From a virus (Duplodnaviria > Caudoviricetes): a DNA stretch of 52,733 nt. The stretch covers positions 1-52,733 of IMG/VR virus record IMGVR_UViG_3300010400_000010. The stretch is one strand, 5' to 3'. Positions 46,569 to 52,733 of this stretch are shown in pieces. Position 1 is the first letter of the stretch; the number at the start of each line of letters is the position of its first letter. Both the position numbers and the translations under genes were made by a program. Under the pieces are notes generated by a model, which saw only the letters and a list, made by a program, of their open reading frames with translations, was not told the origin of the DNA and did not search any database.

Positions 46569-48248
46569 TTAGAAAGGTGTATCTTTGGAGATTTTCTTAG
46601 AACCTTGGAAAGATTTTCCTGTTGCAGCATCAAAATCTACACCTACTTCTTGGAATGTGGATTTACCATAACTCTTCGGCTTCAATCCTTGTGGTAACAC
46701 TCTATCAATATCTGTTTGTGAAGTATTTCTAAAAATCACTCCTTTTAAGATTTTGTTAAGATCAGCATTGGGTCGAAACAAAAGCTTTGTGACATTGAGA
46801 ATGTTTCGTGTGGAAACAATAATTTTGAAGTTGTTCTGAGAGATGTTGGTCCTTAACTCAAGGAGGCCGTTGAAAACTTCACAACCTTTTGCATTCCATT
46901 GTTCCAAAGTTACAACACTTCTAACTAACTGTTCTTCAAACTTTATATCATAATCCCAATCAATTGTGTAAAACTCGTTTAAAAACGCGGCATCTAGAGG
47001 ATTACGTCCTACGTATTCTCTTGTTGCTCCATTTCCCCATGTATTCATTGCACACAAGATTCGGGTTTCATCATGTGGGGTGATTTGACCATGAAAAGGA
47101 ATGTTGATACTTTTTGAAAATATCCCTTTCAACACCATCAAGACATTTTCATTTCCAGCATCGCATTCGTCAATAAAACCTAGTCCACCTTCCAAAATCA
47201 CCGGAACTAAATAACCTGGAATATAACTTCCAGAAGAAGATGTGTATCCTACAAAATCATGCAATTGCACACTTCGGCACATTTGTTTTGCACAATAATG
47301 TTTAGAGGCTAAGATTTTACTGATCTGACGTGCTGCCATGGTTTTTCCACTTCCTGTCGGACCAACTAACGCGACTGGAATTCCAGCTTGAAGAACATTT
47401 ATTGCTTCCAACAATTTTGGATGAGTATGTTCTTGGAGTTCTTGAATTGGAGATTCTGGAAGAACCCTGTGTTCAATAACTATCTTTCTTTCAGAGATGT
47501 CTACGGTTTTGAGCTTTTGTTCTACAAGCTCAAGAACTTCATTCTCGTTTAGGGCCGACTCTTGTAGTTTTTGAATTTCTGCTGTTACGATTCTATCTGC
47601 ATTAAATAATAATTCAATATCTGGCTTGACTGCTTCAATTGCAAGTCTTTTAATCATTTCGTCCATTGATGATGTCATATTAGATGGTGTGGTATATGGT
47701 GTTGGTTGAGATTGGATAGATGGAGGTGATGGATATTGTTGAGGTTGTGGAGTTTCTAGTTTTCTTCTGTAGCTATAACCTTTAGTTGGAGTGCGTCCCG
47801 GTTTAACTGTCTGCGTCCATGTTCCATCATCACATAAAAGTTCATCACCCTCTATCAAAAGCTCATGTGATGCTACTAGTCTATAGCCTTCTCCAAACAT
47901 AATTTCTGGAGAAAGTTGAGAAGGTTGTGGTCCAACATATCTTCTAAATCTCGCATTAGTATAACTATTTACTTTTCTTCCAACAGCTTGACTACAAACT
48001 TTCCACTCACAATCTATTCTATTCCAATACTCATCTCCTTTTCCTATTGTTTCATCACCACTAAGTTCTCTGTATTCGTTGTCAGGTTTCATAACTTTTT
48101 CTATTGGACGGCGATATTTAAGACTAGAGCTTATTGGTTGTCCGGGAGTGTTGATGGATTTCTCCCATTTTTTAGATGAATTATTAAATACCTCATCTCC
48201 TTCTTGAAGAATATCTCCATTTTTTAACTCTTGGTATTCTTTTTCCAT
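46569..48248 (-). CDS. MoxR/CobS-like AAA+ ATPase with three N-terminal repeats
   Basis: GPTGSGKT, FIDECD, AMNTWG..EYVGRNPLDAAF. Confidence 0.88.
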   Translation of the reverse strand: MEKEYQELKNGDILQEGDEVFNNSSKKWEKSINTPGQPISSSLKYRRPIEKVMKPDNEYRELSGDETIGKGDEYWNRIDCEWKVCSQAVGRKVNSYTNARFRRYVGPQPSQLSPEIMFGEGYRLVASHELLIEGDELLCDDGTWTQTVKPGRTPTKGYSYRRKLETPQPQQYPSPPSIQSQPTPYTTPSNMTSSMDEMIKRLAIEAVKPDIELLFNADRIVTAEIQKLQESALNENEVLELVEQKLKTVDISERKIVIEHRVLPESPIQELQEHTHPKLLEAINVLQAGIPVALVGPTGSGKTMAARQISKILASKHYCAKQMCRSVQLHDFVGYTSSSGSYIPGYLVPVILEGGLGFIDECDAGNENVLMVLKGIFSKSINIPFHGQITPHDETRILCAMNTWGNGATREYVGRNPLDAAFLNEFYTIDWDYDIKFEEQLVRSVVTLEQWNAKGCEVFNGLLELRTNISQNNFKIIVSTRNILNVTKLLFRPNADLNKILKGVIFRNTSQTDIDRVLPQGLKPKSYGKSTFQEVGVDFDAATGKSFQGSKKISKDTPF

Positions 48249-48254
48249 AACCTT

Positions 48255-49850
48255 TTACTCCTCCACTTCAATCTCATTTCCAAGTCCCTCACCAGTGATT
48301 TCTTTGTCATCTTCGTTTTCTTCATCATTGTTGTCTCGTTCAAAACATTTAGCAAACAATTCCTCCACATCTTCATCGGTTTTCTCATCCGGCATGAACA
48401 GACTTGCAAATTGTTCCTTGGCTATGATGGAACTGTTAATACACCTGAACTTGCGTTCGACTTTTGGTTTTACTTTTTCACTCTCAATGGTGTCTTTGAA
48501 CCAGAAAACTCGTTGACGTGTAGGAGAAATTGAAGTTAACCGATGGCCACGTCCTAACAATTGGGCCATTTCAATTGCAGACCATGTAGCAGGAATAAGG
48601 ACATCCCGTGGTAGTGTATTGGGATTATCATGATGAAGACTTATTGACTCTCCTCCCGCTCCAATCATTACCAGCATTATTTTTCTTCTACCAGATTGAA
48701 AATCATCTACCATTTGTTGTCTTACTTGTTGGGACTGACCGCCAACAATATATGCTATGTGGTCTTTATCTACGCCGTGCTTTTTAACCAGTGTTAGGTA
48801 AATAACTCGTAAGGCATCTTTGAAATTTTCTCCTACGATGGGAAACATGCCGGATTTGTAACTTATATAAGCTTCATCTGCCATTGGACCAGCACGTAGT
48901 AATGCACACTTTTGACGAAATTTTATAATCGACGCCATCATCATTCCCCACCGAGATTTTGGAGCACTTTTACCTGCTTCTCTAAGTTCCTCTAACCATT
49001 CTACCACGGCTTGATCATAAGCCATTCTATCTTGCGGAGATGCAAAATCACATTCTACACACTCGCTATGGGCTGGAAAAGGAAACCGAACACCTTTTAC
49101 TTCCACCATATAAGGAAGCAATTCATTCCTTAACCGTTTCATTGCACTTGGACTAAACTCCTCTATTCCTTTTGGACTTGCTATCTCCCGTAAAATCCAC
49201 GCACTTGTTTCTTTTGTGGCTTTCAGGTTATTAAACCTTGTTACCACATCAAGAGTTTCTACTATTGCTCTTGCATCCTGTATTCGTTGGTATGGTGTTG
49301 CACTAACATGAATTACTTTTACAGATTTAGGAAGTTCACGAATCACTCTTGTTCTCATTGAACTTTCGTTTCTGATTTTTTGACATTCGTCACAAATCAC
49401 CATTGCTGGCAACATCCATGGGTTCCAAACTGGTTGAATGTCTGGGTTTCCATCTTTATCAACACAACCTACAAAACTCACAAACATGTTTTGACATTCT
49501 TTTCCTCCAGTGTAGCAGAGTTGAGAATAACTCATGACCATGCACAAATGGCCAATGCCATAGGTTTGCAATTTCCTTTGGGTTTCGACTACGCCGCTTG
49601 CAGTTGTAAGCACTAAGATTGGAAAAGGATTACAAGAGCCGGGTGGCACTTGCAGAAAAGAGCCGTCTCCTAACATTTGATTAAGAGCATCTGCAAACAT
49701 GTGGGTTTTTCCTAACCCCGTTCCGGCTCTAAAGAGAATTCCTTTTTTGGTTCTCTCAGTGTGGAAAGCTTCGACAATTTTTGACGTTGTCTTTTTTTGC
49801 CAAGGAAATTCCTTTAGCTTGTCGTATTGGATGGGCTTTAAAGTGAACAT
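48255..49850 (-). CDS. Superfamily 2 (SNF2-like) helicase
   Basis: GTGLGKT, DECQ, SATP, GGESISL, QLLGRGHR. Confidence 0.9.
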   Translation of the reverse strand: MFTLKPIQYDKLKEFPWQKKTTSKIVEAFHTERTKKGILFRAGTGLGKTHMFADALNQMLGDGSFLQVPPGSCNPFPILVLTTASGVVETQRKLQTYGIGHLCMVMSYSQLCYTGGKECQNMFVSFVGCVDKDGNPDIQPVWNPWMLPAMVICDECQKIRNESSMRTRVIRELPKSVKVIHVSATPYQRIQDARAIVETLDVVTRFNNLKATKETSAWILREIASPKGIEEFSPSAMKRLRNELLPYMVEVKGVRFPFPAHSECVECDFASPQDRMAYDQAVVEWLEELREAGKSAPKSRWGMMMASIIKFRQKCALLRAGPMADEAYISYKSGMFPIVGENFKDALRVIYLTLVKKHGVDKDHIAYIVGGQSQQVRQQMVDDFQSGRRKIMLVMIGAGGESISLHHDNPNTLPRDVLIPATWSAIEMAQLLGRGHRLTSISPTRQRVFWFKDTIESEKVKPKVERKFRCINSSIIAKEQFASLFMPDEKTDEDVEELFAKCFERDNNDEENEDDKEITGEGLGNEIEVEE

Positions 49851-49856
49851 AGAAGT

Positions 49857-50066
49857 TTAAAGAAATTCAGCTGTGAAAACTCTTTGATACTTTTTTGAAA
49901 TCCTCACTGTGTTCGCCCGTCCAATCATTTGTTTAACAACCTTTTGATCCAATGGGGCATTTATAATAGCTTTGATCTTTTTTGTTCCAAGCTTCATTTT
50001 TGCTTTGTGTAAACTCAATCCGGTTGACTCTCCACAAAAGCTGTAGCAGTAGATTTTAGTTTTCAT
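49857..50066 (-). CDS. Small basic hypothetical protein
   Basis: Packed ORF. Confidence 0.55.
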   Translation of the reverse strand: MKTKIYCYSFCGESTGLSLHKAKMKLGTKKIKAIINAPLDQKVVKQMIGRANTVRISKKYQRVFTAEFL

Positions 50067-50134
50067 ATTATTTTGGTTGTTATCTCATGACGGCCCACTA
50101 GGTTTTCTAATGGGCCGATAGAGAGAACTGGTGG

Positions 50135-50800
50135 TTATTTCAACCATTTAAGATATTTAACTCCTGGAGAATTAACATCTTTTAATGTTTGAAGAATTAC
50201 ATCGGCAACTAATAACAAGAATTTTTCGTTATAGTTGTCGTAGTTGTCGTAGTTGTGGTAGTAGTTGTAGTAGTTGTAGTAGTTGTAGTAGTTGTAGTAG
50301 TGGTTGTAGTAGTGGTTGTAGTAGTGGTTGTAGTAGTTGTGGTAGTTGTAGTTGTAAAACTCTTTCCACAACATATCATCCAACACCGTTAAACTTTCAA
50401 ACTTCAACTTGTACTCCAATAACTTCTCATCCTTCTTTTCCAACTTATCATAATGTTTTTGAATCAGATAAGGTAAAATTCTTTTGGTTGAGTTCAATTT
50501 CAACTGTCTATCAAAAACTCCATCTTCCAAACAATCACTTCCAAGTTGTGCAACTGCAATATACTTCATCCCTTGTGCTCTAGATTGATTTGACTCCCAA
50601 TTACAATCGTTCAAAGCAATCTTACATTCTCTAACTTCACTGTGCACACAACTTGGTTTGTCATTAAATGGCAAGTCTAATGCAACTGTTATTGCTGCTT
50701 CAACACACATTTTTCCTTCAATAGGTTTTCCAAGTCCTTTAACCAATCCATGTGAGATTAGATCGTTGATTTTTAGAATATGTTTTTTGAGGATTTTCAT
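50135..50800 (-). CDS. Hypothetical protein with Tyr/Asn/His repeat tract
   Basis: MCVEAA..DKPSCV..LND N-terminal domain followed by a (YYN)n tract. Confidence 0.75.
   Translation of the reverse strand: MKILKKHILKINDLISHGLVKGLGKPIEGKMCVEAAITVALDLPFNDKPSCVHSEVRECKIALNDCNWESNQSRAQGMKYIAVAQLGSDCLEDGVFDRQLKLNSTKRILPYLIQKHYDKLEKKDEKLLEYKLKFESLTVLDDMLWKEFYNYNYHNYYNHYYNHYYNHYYNYYNYYNYYNYYHNYDNYDNYNEKFLLLVADVILQTLKDVNSPGVKYLKWLK
50228..50356. repeat. Trinucleotide-based tandem repeat (GTA/GTT/GTG; 9 and 12 nt units)
   Basis: GTAGTAGTT and GTAGTAGTGGTT arrays seen directly. Confidence 0.95.
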
Positions 50801-50819
50801 AGGTTGCTTTGTTTTGTAT

Positions 50820-51254
50820 TTAGACTAAATTATTCCCAAGTTCAAGAACCGTATGTTCTCCCATCTTAACAACTAGTTCTTTTGCTTGACTTTCACTGCA
50901 TCCTTTTGACATCAAGAGACTCAACACCTTATCTACTACGGCTTGTTTTTTGTCTTTTTCAATTTTTTCTTTTTCCATTTTCTCTCGACTGATTTGTTTC
51001 CTAACACGCTCTTGAGATTGGAATTCATTCCAGTCTTTAAGACGCCATACCCTATAAAGGCTGTTTTCAAGCTTCGGTAGTAGGGTTCCTGCAAAATCTT
51101 TCAACTCGCCATTTTCCACAATGCAGTGAAAATCTTTCAAATCTTCTAAAGTTATTGCAATGGCTTCATCCTGTGATATGACTCCATATTGATTGTGTCT
51201 AATCACAAGCTCAAGGTATCGTTCAAGTGGGATGTTCATAAAATCAAAATCCAA
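50820..51254 (-). CDS. Hypothetical protein
   Basis: 144 aa ORF; may start at 51239. Confidence 0.65.
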   Translation of the reverse strand: MDFDFMNIPLERYLELVIRHNQYGVISQDEAIAITLEDLKDFHCIVENGELKDFAGTLLPKLENSLYRVWRLKDWNEFQSQERVRKQISREKMEKEKIEKDKKQAVVDKVLSLLMSKGCSESQAKELVVKMGEHTVLELGNNLV

Positions 51255-51444
51255 TCGGCATGAAAGATTCTGATTTGCATTTAGGACATTTAGGCGAGCC
51301 TTTTAGTTCTACTTTTTTATAAAACGATTCCCTATCCATTGGTAAAGGTTTTAATTTATCAATATGTCCACATGATTCACACAGCCAATAAGCAATTGAC
51401 GGTGTGCAATCCTCTCCCAAATCTTCCAAGTCTTTGTCATTCAT
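51244..51444 (-). CDS. Zinc-ribbon protein
   Basis: CESC and CPKC. Confidence 0.7.
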   Translation of the reverse strand: MNDKDLEDLGEDCTPSIAYWLCESCGHIDKLKPLPMDRESFYKKVELKGSPKCPKCKSESFMPIGF

Positions 51445-51626
51445 AAATTATATATTTTGGTATGTTTCAATTCAAAATCCCACTAACTACCAGTGATAGA
51501 AATACTACTATCAATATCCCACTAAACCACAACATCAAGTTGTCATAATCCCATGGGGGAGATTGATTTGTTTTATGGTGGAGATTAAGGAGATATTTGT
51601 TTTTCATGGATAATGATGTTAATAAT

Positions 51627-51875
51627 TTAAAGCCGTTGAAATTGGGGAAGTTCTTCATACACTGTCCACATATCATTTGTGTGATTATAGTGTAACATTC
51701 TTGTTTTACCTTTTAAAGAAATATAAGGAACTGCAAAATTTCCCAATGCTTCCCAATATTTCACACTACGATCTTTTTCAATTCCACCGATAAGAGTTTT
51801 AATCTTATCGTGTTTTCCTTTTGAATCTACATTTATCCAACGGTATCCGCTATTGTTTAGATATAAGGTTTTCAT
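51627..51875 (-). CDS. Hypothetical protein, first gene of the leftward arm
   Basis: 82 aa ORF with A-rich leader. Confidence 0.65.
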   Translation of the reverse strand: MKTLYLNNSGYRWINVDSKGKHDKIKTLIGGIEKDRSVKYWEALGNFAVPYISLKGKTRMLHYNHTNDMWTVYEELPQFQRL

Positions 51876-52210
51876 GATTTTTGATTGTGTTAATGTTAGA
51901 TGTTGGAGGAGGATAGAAGATGATAGTGGAGAGGCTTGGCGGCCTAGGACGCGATATGGCGGGTCGATACGCCGGGGGATGTTGTCACTCTAGATATGGG
52001 GGAGGATGCGCCTACGGTCAAACCCGAGAGGATTTGAGCGGTCCTAGCGGCTCGATCTAGCCGTTGGCTCAGCCATGCGCTTTGTCGCATTAAACCCCTG
52101 CTATCATTACTCAGGCTCAGCTTGTTAGATAATCTCACGGCGGGAATCATATCATAGCGGTGTCCAGTGTCTACAATAGTTTTGGGTTTAACTTGCGATG
52201 GGAAGACCCT

Positions 52211-52227
52211 ATGGCACACTCTATGCT
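52211..52227 (+). promoter_or_regulatory. Sigma-54 promoter, rightward
   Basis: ATGGCACACTCTATGCT. Confidence 0.75.
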
Positions 52228-52238
52228 TTGACAAGTTA

Positions 52239-52255
52239 AGCATTTTCCATGCCAA
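52239..52255 (-). promoter_or_regulatory. Sigma-54 promoter, leftward
   Basis: Reverse complement TTGGCATGGAAAATGCT. Confidence 0.75.
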
Positions 52256-52320
52256 GCGCTTTTTGTAGCTGGAACTAGAAAGGTGGAAAATAGAAGGTGG
52301 AGAAAACCGAAAATAAATTG

Positions 52321-52350
52321 TTGACAACTATTGGTGTCATAAGCTAACGT
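52321..52350 (+). promoter_or_regulatory. Possible sigma-70 promoter overlapped by a TGACA-N8-TGTCA palindrome
   Basis: TTGACA-N18-TAACGT, 52 nt before ATG 52403. Confidence 0.45.
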
Positions 52351-52402
52351 CGGGAAGCTCAATAAAGAGCGAAACGAAAAACCTAACAAAAACACAAAAC
52401 AT

Positions 52403-52733
52403 ATGCCTACTGAAACCACAACCCCCACAACTAATCCCCCGGTGACTCCGAAGTTCACCGCCACGCGCAACAATATCACCGTTACCCTGACAAGGGAGGA
52501 AACAAAGAAAGGCAAAGATGGAAAAGAACCCAAGAGCTATTGGATGATTTCTCACGATTCTTTTCTCATCCCTCCCATGAAAGCTCAAGTCGCTGCTGAT
52601 GGAAAGACGCCGATGAAGGATGAAGCTGGAAACATCATCATGATCGAAGACCCTGAGGGAAAAGCTACCTTGAACGGTGACTTGGAAGAATTCTACGGAG
52701 CTGAAACGGTTGTAGACTACGTTCGTTCCAAAG
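52403..52733 (+). CDS. 5' part of junction-spanning hypothetical protein
   Basis: MPTETTTPTTNPPVTPKF.. is open to the window end and in frame with ORF 3..407. Confidence 0.85.
   Translation, partial: MPTETTTPTTNPPVTPKFTATRNNITVTLTREETKKGKDGKEPKSYWMISHDSFLIPPMKAQVAADGKTPMKDEAGNIIMIEDPEGKATLNGDLEEFYGAETVVDYVRSK
52611..52733. repeat. Terminal direct repeat, right copy
   Basis: Identical to 1-123. Confidence 0.97.

Noticed and set aside
50228-50356. DGR template repeat (AAC-rich) or CRISPR array
   Set aside because: No reverse transcriptase, no adenine-mismatched second copy and no unique spacers
51944-52588. Three - strand ORFs (51944-52327, 52171-52533, 52337-52588)
   Set aside because: Atypical composition; they overlap promoters and the real + strand gene
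1-52733. tRNA genes, integrase/att sites, alternative genetic code
   Set aside because: No cloverleaf or recombinase motifs seen; long genes are intact under the standard code and all three stop codons are used

Overview
The window is a complete, circularly permuted ~52.6 kb genome of a lytic-looking, podovirus-type tailed phage. Bases 1-123 repeat exactly at 52611-52733, an assembly overlap. The + arm (1376-30794) carries packaging, head, tail/receptor-binding, lysis-like and ejection genes. The - arm (51875 down to 30788) carries early and replication genes: SF2 helicase, MoxR-like AAA plus partner, ParB-like protein, PD-(D/E)XK nuclease, Sak4-like ATPase, SSB-like protein, family A DNA polymerase and a P-loop NTPase. 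I recognised no RNA polymerase, sigma factor, integrase, primase or endolysin. The main discovery is an apparent phage-encoded sigma-54 transcription programme. It consists of a stand-alone enhancer-binding AAA+ activator (GSYTGA loop, no sensor domain, no HTH) and seven correctly oriented -24/-12 promoters of the form TGGCAY-N5-WTGCT. Two of these face each other at the early divergence point, and three are preceded by a shared CTTMTAKAAS box that also recurs in tandem in a symmetric, origin-like non-coding region. All calls come from reading motifs by eye; no database searches were run.
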